A DNA stretch of 15,041 nucleotides from Candidatus Hermodarchaeota archaeon. Its GTDB lineage: Archaea; Asgardarchaeota; Hermodarchaeia; Hermodarchaeales; Hermodarchaeaceae. The notes beneath the pieces were generated by a model. The model was not told the DNA's origin and searched no databases. It saw only the letters and a program-made list of their open reading frames with translations. Both the position numbers and the translations under genes were made by a program. Shown in pieces: positions 1 through 8,098 of this stretch; the first letter of the stretch is position 1; each line of letters starts with the position of its first letter. Where the stretch lies: the NCBI GenBank assembly GCA_016839805.1, contig JAEOTO010000042.1, positions 1 to 15,041 of the forward strand. Direction: 5' to 3'.

Positions 1-302
1 CCTGCGGCGAGGAGATCGGCAAACATGGCGAGCCGGTTGCGGTCCCGGCAGGTCATTTGACAGACGGCTTCTAGACCTGCTATTTCTTGTATCATGTAGG
101 AGGGGGCGAGTGAGTTCATGTAGGCGAAACTTTGGGGGATATCGGTGACATTTGCTGCAGCGACATGTCCGACGAGTTTCTTTGCCCCTTCGATGACTTC
201 TTCCATATTCCCGATTTTTTCGGGTTCTAATTCGCCGGTATAGACGAATTTCCCGGCATGAATTTCTTCCATGAGTTTGCTGTGTGCTTCACGTTTTGCC
301 AT
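1..302 (-). CDS. metF: Methylenetetrahydrofolate reductase, MetVF-type large subunit (5' part only; runs off the window edge)
   Basis: Not in the ORF track; translated by hand from ATG at 302: MAKREAHSKLMEEIHAGKFVYTGELEPEKIGNMEEVIEGAKKLVGHVAAANVTDIPQSFAYMNSLAPSYMIQEIAGLEAVCQMTCRDRNRLAMFADLLAA... It has the MTHFR motifs T-x-E-x-x-P, NVTD and Q-x-TCRDRNR. It starts 15 nt after the metV stop, with AGGTG upstream. Confidence 0.93.
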   Translation of the reverse strand, partial: MAKREAHSKLMEEIHAGKFVYTGELEPEKIGNMEEVIEGAKKLVGHVAAANVTDIPQSFAYMNSLAPSYMIQEIAGLEAVCQMTCRDRNRLAMFADLLAA

Positions 303-317
303 TTGTCACACCTTTTC

Positions 318-980
318 CTAGATTTCTAGTTTTCGTGGTGACTGGGCGACGCGCCAATCACGAGGTTCACGATATTTTCGGAATAAGTCAAGACGACCCA
401 GCTTCTTTAATCGTTCATAGATGAGATACCAGGCACAGTCGTTCTTGTAATCGCCAACTTCGCATTTACCGTCAAGCATACCGCCACAAGGACCATTGAC
501 TAAAGCTTTGGGACAGCGGGTCATAGGGCAGATGCCACCAGTCTCGTTGAGTAAACAATCACCGCAACCACTGCAATATTCGAAGAAGTGGCCTAGCTCC
601 CTGTCTTTTCCCCCCATCCCAAAGGTGTCAACCGCTGTAAACACTTTCATCTCTGGAAAAACGTCAATGAGCGTTTGGGGACCAACTCCACAAGCGAGGG
701 ACACCATAGCGTCTACTCCCTCAATTTGAGGTCGAAGCGTTGTGGCTACAAGCTGCCGATCACATTGCCGTAAGACAATAGTGTGGCGCACTTCACCTGG
801 TTCCCCCTTCAATTTGCGGTGCATCCGTATCAACGTGGCTAGCGTTTCCGCTTGTTTTTCTCCACCCACCATGTAGATTCCTGAGCATCCATCACATCCC
901 ACGATGAGGATGTTTTCGACGCCTTCAATGGTTTCTAAGATTTTTTCGACGGGCATTTGTTTTGGAATAATCACTATCAA
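318..980 (-). CDS. metV: MetV, Fe-S/Zn-binding partner subunit of methylene-THF reductase (MTHFR C-terminal domain family)
   Basis: Motifs GCDGC, RQCD, LACGVG and the Cys-rich C-terminus CSGCGDCLLNETGGICPMTRCPKALVNGPCGG..GKCEV....DCAWYLIYERL. Lies directly upstream of metF. The start may be GTG at 974 (GGTGA 6 nt upstream) rather than TTG at 980. Confidence 0.92.
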   Translation of the reverse strand: MIVIIPKQMPVEKILETIEGVENILIVGCDGCSGIYMVGGEKQAETLATLIRMHRKLKGEPGEVRHTIVLRQCDRQLVATTLRPQIEGVDAMVSLACGVGPQTLIDVFPEMKVFTAVDTFGMGGKDRELGHFFEYCSGCGDCLLNETGGICPMTRCPKALVNGPCGGMLDGKCEVGDYKNDCAWYLIYERLKKLGRLDLFRKYREPRDWRVAQSPRKLEI

Positions 981-1037
981 TCACCGATTATGCTGGAGTA
1001 TGCTCTAGACAAGTGAAAATACCGTATGGGGTTTGGG

Positions 1038-1043
1038 TATATA
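1038..1043 (-). promoter_or_regulatory. Candidate TATA box for metVF
   Basis: TATATA about 58 nt upstream of the metV start, preceded on the minus strand by a purine-rich stretch (GAAAGAGGATAAG). Confidence 0.4.
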
Positions 1044-1076
1044 CGACTTATCCTCTTTCGGAAATCGATGAGGCCT

Positions 1077-1085
1077 AAAAAAGAG
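1077..1085 (-). terminator. Candidate archaeal oligo-T terminator after the response regulator
   Basis: The minus strand reads TAA-CTC-TTTTTT directly after the stop codon. Confidence 0.4.
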
Positions 1086-1451
1086 TTACTGGTTGACCAA
1101 TACTTCACTAATCGTTTCAAGCAAGTGAGCAAAGCGAACAGGTTTAATGAGAAATGAAATAGCCCCCGCCTTCAAGGCTTGGTCTCGGGCGGTTTCATCT
1201 GCACTCAAAAATATGATCTTGCTGGCTGGATCCATTTGTCTAATCTCTTTGGTGGTTGAGACTCCATCCTTAATTGGCATCCGGTAATCCATCAAGAGAA
1301 TGTCTGGTCGAGGGTTCAATTTACCAAAAATCTTCACAGCCTCAGATCCATCAAAGGCACTTGCTATCACATCAATTCCTTTCATAGTAAAGAATGAACG
1401 ATAAACTCGGTGAAGATTTTCGTCATCATCAACAATAAATATTGAGACCAT
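1086..1451 (-). CDS. Stand-alone (CheY-like) response regulator receiver protein
   Basis: IVDDD acidic pocket, DILLMDYRMP phospho-acceptor Asp, IIFLSA and FLIKP; no output domain. The ATG at 1451 overlaps the kinase stop (TGATG), so it is preferred over TTG at 1454. Confidence 0.93.
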   Translation of the reverse strand: MVSIFIVDDDENLHRVYRSFFTMKGIDVIASAFDGSEAVKIFGKLNPRPDILLMDYRMPIKDGVSTTKEIRQMDPASKIIFLSADETARDQALKAGAISFLIKPVRFAHLLETISEVLVNQ

Positions 1452-2959
1452 CAATCTTCACCTCTGGGCAAGAGAAATACAAAGTTCGCTCCTTGTGTGT
1501 AGTCCCCTTCTACTCGGTCTTGAACCCAAATTTGACCGCCATACCGTTGGATAATCCGTTGGACTAATGTGAGCCCAACCCCTGAACCCCGTTCACCTTC
1601 TAAATTTTCCTTGTAACGTGAAAAAATGTGTTTCTTCTCCGAGTTCGGGACGCCTGGTCCTTGATCCATAATCTGGATTTCTAGAAATACGCCATTTTTT
1701 GCTGTATTGGCTTGGACCTCAACTTTAACAAATTCGTTGGGATCCATTTTCATAGAGGTATGAAGCAGATTGAAGAAGAGCTCGGTAATGAAGCCGTCTC
1801 CACTAATTTGATACTTTCCATCCTCGATATTAGTCGTTAGGAATAACTGTTTATTAGGAAACGCTCGTTCTACTGCTCGAACTGCGGCATGAAAGGGTGG
1901 AGCAAGGTCTCTTGATCCTAATAGACGGGGTTCGATTTCCAGACTTTGGAAACGTTTGACATTCGCGATTAGATCGGCGCTGCGTTCTACTTGGGCAAGT
2001 GTGTCTCTGACACTTTCTCTTAGATGCGGAGGAAGTTGCTCATCGTTTTCAATGAGTTCCAGGGCTAGCATGATACCTTGGTTGATGTTGTTTAAATCGT
2101 GCGCCATGAGATCAAGGAGGAATTCACTCCGATGGTGTGCCGCCAAGAGAGCAATTTCAGCCTCTTTTCGTTTTGTGATATCCTCCAAGTTCCCCTCGTA
2201 ACAATGGACTTCGCCCTTTTCATTTCGAATTGCACGGGCATTAAGTTCAACCCAAATGGTCTGTCCATCACGTCGACGAAACTGTACTTCGAATCCCCGA
2301 ACAATTTCTTCATGTTCAATGAGGGCTTTCCAACGTTTTCGTGCTGTAGCGTCCACATAAAATTCGGAAGCGTTTCGCTTAATCAACTCTTCTTTGTCCT
2401 CGTAGCCTAACATTGCGACTAAGGCGGGGTTTATTTCGAGGATTTGTCCTTCTGGGGTCGTGCGGTATAACCCAACAGGTACACTATCGAAAAGATTCTG
2501 ATACTGTGTCTCTGATTCTTTCAATGCTTGTTGAACTTTTTTCCATTCAGTAATTTCAATGCCAATACCAAAAATTTCCTCGACTTTCCCCATTTCATCA
2601 GTAACGAATGTGTTGTTCCATTGCATAAGCCGTTTTTCGCCAGTCTTCGTTATCCAGTGGAATTGAGGTGAATAGGTGGGTAATTTGCCCTTAAGAAGGC
2701 GTTGGAAACGCTCTAAGACTCCTGCTCGTTCGTCCTCTGGTATGAGTAGTGGAAAAATGGTCTTTCCGAACACTTCTTTCTCAGAATACCCTGTGACTTC
2801 CTCACAGCGTTTGTTGAATAATGTTATTTGACCCTGTGTGTTCATTCCAACTACTAAAGCTCCCGCTGCTTCAATGATCCGTCCAAATCGACTTCGGCGA
2901 ATACGTGATGTCTCATTTGTTGAGTCATTGGAATGGTTACTAGGAGGTTGCATTGGCAT
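1451..2959 (-). CDS. Cytoplasmic PAS-PAS sensor histidine kinase (kinase 1; degenerate N-box)
   Basis: Two PAS/PAC units (FNKRCEEVTGYS...GIGIEITEWK; INPALVAMLGY...GNLEDITKRK), H-box MAHDLNN, G1 DQGPGVP, G2 GSGVGL. The N-box reads NLLHTSMK. No transmembrane segment is evident. Confidence 0.93.
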   Translation of the reverse strand: MPMQPPSNHSNDSTNETSRIRRSRFGRIIEAAGALVVGMNTQGQITLFNKRCEEVTGYSEKEVFGKTIFPLLIPEDERAGVLERFQRLLKGKLPTYSPQFHWITKTGEKRLMQWNNTFVTDEMGKVEEIFGIGIEITEWKKVQQALKESETQYQNLFDSVPVGLYRTTPEGQILEINPALVAMLGYEDKEELIKRNASEFYVDATARKRWKALIEHEEIVRGFEVQFRRRDGQTIWVELNARAIRNEKGEVHCYEGNLEDITKRKEAEIALLAAHHRSEFLLDLMAHDLNNINQGIMLALELIENDEQLPPHLRESVRDTLAQVERSADLIANVKRFQSLEIEPRLLGSRDLAPPFHAAVRAVERAFPNKQLFLTTNIEDGKYQISGDGFITELFFNLLHTSMKMDPNEFVKVEVQANTAKNGVFLEIQIMDQGPGVPNSEKKHIFSRYKENLEGERGSGVGLTLVQRIIQRYGGQIWVQDRVEGDYTQGANFVFLLPRGED

Positions 2960-3052
2960 TATTCCTCATTTGTCAGAGAATCAGATACAAGCCATGAACT
3001 GGAATAGTTCAGACTCCTGATTCTTTTCATACCCCTAAATCAAGAAGCCCAA

Positions 3053-3091
3053 TTGGTTGCATTAAATCTTTTCATTGCATATCGCAACCAA
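3053..3091. repeat. 8-bp inverted repeat with 23-nt spacer
   Basis: TTGGTTGC (3053-3060) and GCAACCAA (3084-3091) are exact reverse complements and bracket the 13-mer element. Confidence 0.6.
3060..3072 (-). promoter_or_regulatory. BRE/TATA-like element upstream of kinase 1
   Basis: The minus strand reads AAAAGATTTAATG, about 101 nt upstream of the ATG at 2959. An identical 13-mer occurs at 4722-4734. Confidence 0.6.
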
Positions 3092-3146
3092 ACAGTTCAT
3101 TGTAGAATATACAATGATACTTGTTCAGGTCAGGGGTTGGTGATAA

Positions 3147-4616
3147 TTACTCCTTCAAAGGAATAAGAATCATAAAATTTGCACCTTGTGTATGATCCCC
3201 TTCAACTCTATCAGCGATCGAAATTGTCCCACCATATCGGTGAAGAATTTGGTTAACGAGGGTTAATCCGATACCTGAGCCTTTCACACCTGTTCGACGG
3301 GAAGCTAATCGCGAAAAAATCCGTTCCTTTTCCTCATCCGGGATGCCTGGACCATGATCCATAATCTGGATTCGTAAAGAATGCTTGTCACGTATTTTAT
3401 TGGCTCGGACATCAATTGTTACCCGATCGGAGCGATCATACTTTGCAGCATTGTGGAGAATATTAAAGAACAACTCTGAAAGAAACCCATCTGCAAGAAC
3501 CTGATATTGGCCCTTTCGAATGTTGCTTGTCACAAATAGTTGCTTAGCTGGATGTGCCCGTTCAGCAGCCCATATTGCAGATTGAAGAGGAGCAAAGGGA
3601 TCAACAAGTTTAAGCTGAAGAGGTTCGACATCAATTCGTTGAAATCGTTTTACACTATCAATGAGGTATGCACTTCTTTCTACTTGCGCAATGGCATCCT
3701 TGAGTCTCCCTGCTAATTGTTCCGGGAAGCCAGGATCATGGAGAAGAATCTCTAATGCTGATAAGATTCCTTGATTGATATTATTCAAGTCGTGAGCCAT
3801 GAGATCTACAAGAAATTCCGCCAGATTACGTGCTCGTTGCATATCATCAGTTGCTTGTTTGCGTCCAGTAATATCACGAACAACACCATGAATCGCGATT
3901 AATTTTTCATCATCATCGTGAATCAATCTACTCTGCTGTTCGGTCCAAAGTACTGAACCATCTTTTTTGACCCAACGTAACTCACTTGGAGCAGTAAAAG
4001 CAGCGGGATCAGCTAGCATACTCTGTAACGTTGATAGATCATCAGGATGTATAATCTTAATAACAAAATCAGGATTGGCATAGAACTCTTCTGCAGCATA
4101 GCCTGTCATTCGAGTTGTGGCTGGACTCACATATTCAAATTTCCTCTTAGGATGCAATGAGAACAGATAAATTGAATCCAGTGCGTTTTCGGCGAGCAAG
4201 CGGAAAAGCGCTTCACTTTCACGGAGTTTATTTTCTGCCATTTTCTGTTCAGTAATGTCAAGCCCAATTCCGAAAATCTCAATTACTGTGCCCCTTTCAT
4301 CATAAATCAGGGTATTTCGCCATTGTGTTACAAGTTGGTTCCCATCTTTTGTTATCCATCTGGCTTCAGATGAATCCGAAGACACCTCTCCTGCAACTAA
4401 GCGGTTAAACCTTTTACGTACTGCAGCCCGATCTTGTTTCGAAATCAGTGAAGTAAAGACCGATTTCCCGAAAACTTCGTCTTGCGTGTAACCAGTCACT
4501 TGCTCACATTTTCGATTGAAAAAGGTAATTTTTCCGCGGGCATTCATCCCTATTATTAACACTTCTGCAGCTTCAGCCAAATTCTGGAATCTGTGTTGTA
4601 ATGTTGGTTCCGGCAT
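3147..4616 (-). CDS. Cytoplasmic PAS-PAS sensor histidine kinase (kinase 2; canonical motifs)
   Basis: PAS1 FNRKCEQVTGYT...GLDITEQK; PAS2 YVSPATTRMTGY...IHPDD...RDITGRK; H-box MAHDLNN; N-box NILHNAAKY; G1 DHGPGIP; F-box RIFSR; G2 GSGIGL. Confidence 0.95.
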   Translation of the reverse strand: MPEPTLQHRFQNLAEAAEVLIIGMNARGKITFFNRKCEQVTGYTQDEVFGKSVFTSLISKQDRAAVRKRFNRLVAGEVSSDSSEARWITKDGNQLVTQWRNTLIYDERGTVIEIFGIGLDITEQKMAENKLRESEALFRLLAENALDSIYLFSLHPKRKFEYVSPATTRMTGYAAEEFYANPDFVIKIIHPDDLSTLQSMLADPAAFTAPSELRWVKKDGSVLWTEQQSRLIHDDDEKLIAIHGVVRDITGRKQATDDMQRARNLAEFLVDLMAHDLNNINQGILSALEILLHDPGFPEQLAGRLKDAIAQVERSAYLIDSVKRFQRIDVEPLQLKLVDPFAPLQSAIWAAERAHPAKQLFVTSNIRKGQYQVLADGFLSELFFNILHNAAKYDRSDRVTIDVRANKIRDKHSLRIQIMDHGPGIPDEEKERIFSRLASRRTGVKGSGIGLTLVNQILHRYGGTISIADRVEGDHTQGANFMILIPLKE

Positions 4617-4721
4617 TTCGAATATATCCCCGTTTATCTTCGTAAAATGGGAATGTTACGTTCGCCCTGACTTGAATTCCCCACAAAGTACAGGTGTTAG
4701 TAGACTAATGCGACTAAAGGT

Positions 4722-4734
4722 CATTAAATCTTTT
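4722..4734 (-). promoter_or_regulatory. BRE/TATA-like element upstream of kinase 2
   Basis: The minus strand reads AAAAGATTTAATG, about 106 nt upstream of the ATG at 4616; identical to 3060-3072. Confidence 0.6.
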
Positions 4735-4766
4735 GAGTCACTGGCAATCATTTCGATGCGCGTCAA

Positions 4767-5588
4767 TTAATCTTCATCTTTAATCAGTGACCTGATCAAA
4801 TACTCTATAGCAAATCGTCCTTCAGTGTTCGGAAGATACCAGGGTTCAGGAAATCCTAACTTGGTTTTTATCTCCTGAATCGTCTTTCCCTCGTTACTTA
4901 GTTCCTTGACTTGAATTTTAAGTTCTGATAGGAACTTAATACGTGTTTCAATATGTTCTCGGGGATTTGGAATTGGTCCCCAGTGCCCATCGAAAAGGAT
5001 AGTGGGCTTCAAATCCTGGATTTCCTTCATTCTCGAAATCATTTTTGGAATGTTTTCCTCAGGCATCGCCATTTTCTTCTCTGAAGGCAGGGGAACTGCG
5101 TCGGCAGAAAACAACCATTTTTCTTCTGGTTCCCAGAATCCAATCATCTCTGCACAATGCCCCGAGAAATCCAATACTTCAAAGGTGAAGTCTTTCACTT
5201 GAATTGTTGAAGTGGTTAATTCACGTGCTTCTAGAACAGGTTCGGGGGTTCCCCAAACCCACTCAAAGAACTCGGGTAATGGATAGGGTTTATGAAGAGT
5301 CTCTAGCGTTATTGGTCCTGCGAAAATTTTGGCTTTCGGGAGAAACGCCGCACATCCCCCATAATGATCCTCATGATTATGGGTTACAAACACACGATGG
5401 ATCGGATGCTTCGTGGCATACTCACGCAACTCCCCGATTGCGTTCGCACACCCAGCATCAAATAAAGTATCCTCTAAATGGTAGGCATATACCCATACCA
5501 TGGCTTGGTCGCCCAACGGTGCCGCTGTCTTAATACAATTAATTATGTCATCAAAGGGAACTACTTCTAACATACCTAGTCCACCCAT
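4767..5588 (-). CDS. Metallo-beta-lactamase-fold metallo-hydrolase, substrate unknown
   Basis: LFDAG, THNHEDH (HxHxDH), GHC, FSAD and DGHWG metal-ligand motifs. Alternative start ATG at 5573. Confidence 0.9.
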   Translation of the reverse strand: MGGLGMLEVVPFDDIINCIKTAAPLGDQAMVWVYAYHLEDTLFDAGCANAIGELREYATKHPIHRVFVTHNHEDHYGGCAAFLPKAKIFAGPITLETLHKPYPLPEFFEWVWGTPEPVLEARELTTSTIQVKDFTFEVLDFSGHCAEMIGFWEPEEKWLFSADAVPLPSEKKMAMPEENIPKMISRMKEIQDLKPTILFDGHWGPIPNPREHIETRIKFLSELKIQVKELSNEGKTIQEIKTKLGFPEPWYLPNTEGRFAIEYLIRSLIKDED

Positions 5589-5686
5589 TCCCTAAACCTT
5601 CTTTCCTTAAATCGTCAACCCTCTGATAACTATCTTCAAATTACTTTCTTGTTTGTTCGATGCAACCCATTTGTACAGACGCCATG

Positions 5687-5693
5687 TATATAT
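5687..5693 (+). promoter_or_regulatory. Candidate TATA box for the hdrA-mvh operon
   Basis: TATATAT about 50 nt upstream of the ATG at 5743, in the divergent intergenic region. Confidence 0.4.
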
Positions 5694-5742
5694 GCACCTT
5701 CATCCACCGATTGCCCATCCTTCTCACACTTGGTGCTTGACG

Positions 5743-8094
5743 ATGAAAATCGGCGTTTTCCTTTGTACCTGCGGTGATACGATCAAAGGCACTCTCGACT
5801 ATGAAGAACTTGTCACCTTTACCGAAACATTACCAAACGTGAAATACGTCGAAATTCGCGATGACTGGTGCCAACATGAATCCCTCAACGCTCTCATTGA
5901 GACACTATCTAAAAAGAAACTCGAACGCCTAGTCATTGCTGCATGTAGTCCTCATCTGTTTGGTCAACGCTTTTATGAAGCCGCAGAAAAGGCAGGCATC
6001 ACACGCGGCTTAATGACTTTCGCCAATATCCGTGAACACTGTGCTTGGGTTCACAGGGAAAACCCCAAAGGGGCAACAGCAAAAGCCAAACGGCTCATTC
6101 GTGCCGCTGTCTTCCAAGTTGCGGCGCAAAGCCCCATTGCGACAAAAACCTTCCCGGTCACCCAGGAAGTACTTGTACTCGGGGCTGGAGTCGCTGGTAT
6201 TCAAGCAAGTCTCGATCTCGCAGATCGTGGCATCAAGGTTCATCTCGTTGAAAGAGAACCCACCATTGGCGGTCACATGGCGGTACTCAATAAGACGTAC
6301 CCGACGTTAGATTGCAGCATTTGTATTCTTGGTCCAAAGATGGCAGAGGCAGCCACTCATCCCAACATCCTACTTCATCCGTATACGGAGTTACTGGCAG
6401 CTGAGCATACAGGTAAGGATTGGCTGTTAACGCTTAACAAAAAGGCAACCTATGTGGATTGGGATAAGTGCACAGGATGTATGCAGTGCACAGAGAAGTG
6501 TCCTACCCGTGTGGATGACGATTGGTCGTGGGGTATTGCGAAGCGTCGGGCAATCTATATGCCCTTTTCGCAGAGTGTACCGCGCAAGGTCACAATTGAT
6601 GCTGAACACTGTAAGAAGCTCACAAACGACAAATGCGGTGTCTGTGAAAAGGTCTGTCCCGCTGAAGCGATTGATTATGAGATGAAAGATGAAGTAGTCA
6701 AAGTTCAAGTCGGGAGTGTTATCCTTGCCACCGGTTTCACAGAATTTGACCCCTCCGTAGTCCCGGAATTACACTACGTAGAGAATCCGGATGTCATCAC
6801 ACAAATGCAGTTTATCCGCATGATGGACTCAGTTGGACCTTTTGGTGGTAAATTAGAAGTACCATCGGATGGACGGAAACCCGAAAAGATAGTCATGATC
6901 CAATGTGTGGGGAGTCGAGATGAAAGGTATAGCTGGCAATGTTCAGCGTATTGCTGTATGGCGGCTATCAAACATGCAGAACTTGCCAAACTAGAATATG
7001 ATCCCACTCTTGACATCACCATTGTTGCCCGAGATATCCGTGCTGGTGGAAAGGGGTTTGATGAGTTTTATGTTCGGGCCCGTGAGGAGTACGATATTCA
7101 CTTTGAATATCGAGGTGATGATCTTGAAGTCGTACAAAATGATGGAAAGACAGTGGTAAATTACACGGATCCCTACGGTAAAGCCCATTCACTTCCAGCT
7201 GATATCGTCGTCCTTTCGTGTGCGATGAATCCGTCTCCTGGAACCGAAAAGCTGGCAACAATGTTGGGCGTTCCACTAGGAGAGCTTGGATTTTACGAAG
7301 CTCAGGATGAAAAGGTGGCATTAGCACGCACTGATGTTAATGGAGTGTTCCTTGCTGGCACCTGCCATGGCCCCAAAGATATCCCTGAATCTGTTGAACA
7401 AGCTGGAGCGGCAGCGGAAGAATCTTCTGTGTGGCTTTCAACCCAATCACTTTCCAAGGAGCTTGATGTTGCTGTCGTCAACAAAGATTTGTGCAATGCC
7501 TGTGGGCTGTGTGTCCCGGCTTGTCCTTCACAAGCGATAACGTTTGAAGAATCAGGTGACTGTGTGATAGTAGATGAGGTGCGTTGTCAAGCCTGTGGCG
7601 AATGCATGGCAACTTGTCCCGTCGATGCAATTGGACCATTAAACATCAATCCTACAGTATTAGACGCTGCAATTGATGGGCTACTCAACAATAGTATCGA
7701 AGGTCCTGAATCCGTGATTGTGGGCTTTGCTTGTAATGAATGTATGTACCGGGCTATCGACGAAGCTGGTGAAGAACGGCTACAATATCCTGCAGACTTA
7801 CACCTTCTCCAAGTTCCCTGTACGGGGAGTGTATCGACACCGAAAATCCTCAGAACCTTAGAAGCGGGAGCGGATGGAGTCATTCTATTCGCGTGTGCAT
7901 CAGATTTGTGTCACTATGGTCGCGGAGCGCGAATGGCGAATAGTCGTGTTCAAGTCGTTCGGAATATCATCAACCAATCGGGAGGAAATCCCGCTATCGT
8001 CCAAGTTGTACAGATGATTGGTCGTGAAGCGAAAGAATTCGCTGCTACTGTGCAGAAAACCGTGGATGCTATCAAGGGGAGGAATGGAGGTTAG
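5743..8094 (+). CDS. hdrA: Heterodisulfide reductase subunit A-like flavoprotein with C-terminal fused MvhD-like [2Fe-2S] domain (783 aa)
   Basis: Start reassigned to ATG 5743 (MKIGVFLCTCG; GGTG upstream). Motifs: AACSP, NIREHCAWVH, GAGVAG Rossmann, KTYPTLDCSICIL, inserted ferredoxin (CTGCMQCTEKCP; C...CGVCEKVCP), QCVGSRD...CSAYCCMAAIK, AGTCHGPKDI, and two C-terminal CxxCxxCxxxCP. From about 7714 an MvhD-like domain follows: FACNECMY...VPCTG...GADGV...AC....CHY. Confidence 0.93.
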   Translation: MKIGVFLCTCGDTIKGTLDYEELVTFTETLPNVKYVEIRDDWCQHESLNALIETLSKKKLERLVIAACSPHLFGQRFYEAAEKAGITRGLMTFANIREHCAWVHRENPKGATAKAKRLIRAAVFQVAAQSPIATKTFPVTQEVLVLGAGVAGIQASLDLADRGIKVHLVEREPTIGGHMAVLNKTYPTLDCSICILGPKMAEAATHPNILLHPYTELLAAEHTGKDWLLTLNKKATYVDWDKCTGCMQCTEKCPTRVDDDWSWGIAKRRAIYMPFSQSVPRKVTIDAEHCKKLTNDKCGVCEKVCPAEAIDYEMKDEVVKVQVGSVILATGFTEFDPSVVPELHYVENPDVITQMQFIRMMDSVGPFGGKLEVPSDGRKPEKIVMIQCVGSRDERYSWQCSAYCCMAAIKHAELAKLEYDPTLDITIVARDIRAGGKGFDEFYVRAREEYDIHFEYRGDDLEVVQNDGKTVVNYTDPYGKAHSLPADIVVLSCAMNPSPGTEKLATMLGVPLGELGFYEAQDEKVALARTDVNGVFLAGTCHGPKDIPESVEQAGAAAEESSVWLSTQSLSKELDVAVVNKDLCNACGLCVPACPSQAITFEESGDCVIVDEVRCQACGECMATCPVDAIGPLNINPTVLDAAIDGLLNNSIEGPESVIVGFACNECMYRAIDEAGEERLQYPADLHLLQVPCTGSVSTPKILRTLEAGADGVILFACASDLCHYGRGARMANSRVQVVRNIINQSGGNPAIVQVVQMIGREAKEFAATVQKTVDAIKGRNGG

Positions 8095-8098
8095 AAAG

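Noticed and set aside
1451-4616. LOV (light-sensing) PAS domains
   Set aside because: No GxNCRFLQ motif; the Cys in FNxxCExxTGY is at a different position.
4767-5588. Calling the MBL-fold protein a beta-lactamase, flavodiiron protein or persulfide dioxygenase
   Set aside because: Only generic metal-binding motifs are visible and there is no flavodoxin domain; substrate cannot be inferred from the sequence by eye.
5653-5742. 30-aa N-terminal extension of hdrA1 from TTG 5653 in the ORF track
   Set aside because: HdrA similarity begins at MKIGVFLC (ATG 5743) with GGTG upstream, and the extension covers the likely promoter region.
8018-8098. Extended start of hdrA2 overlapping hdrA1 by 77 nt, or a frameshift fusion of the two hdrA genes
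   Set aside because: A strong GGAGGT sits 7 nt before ATG 8099, both proteins are complete by themselves, and no slippery site is evident.
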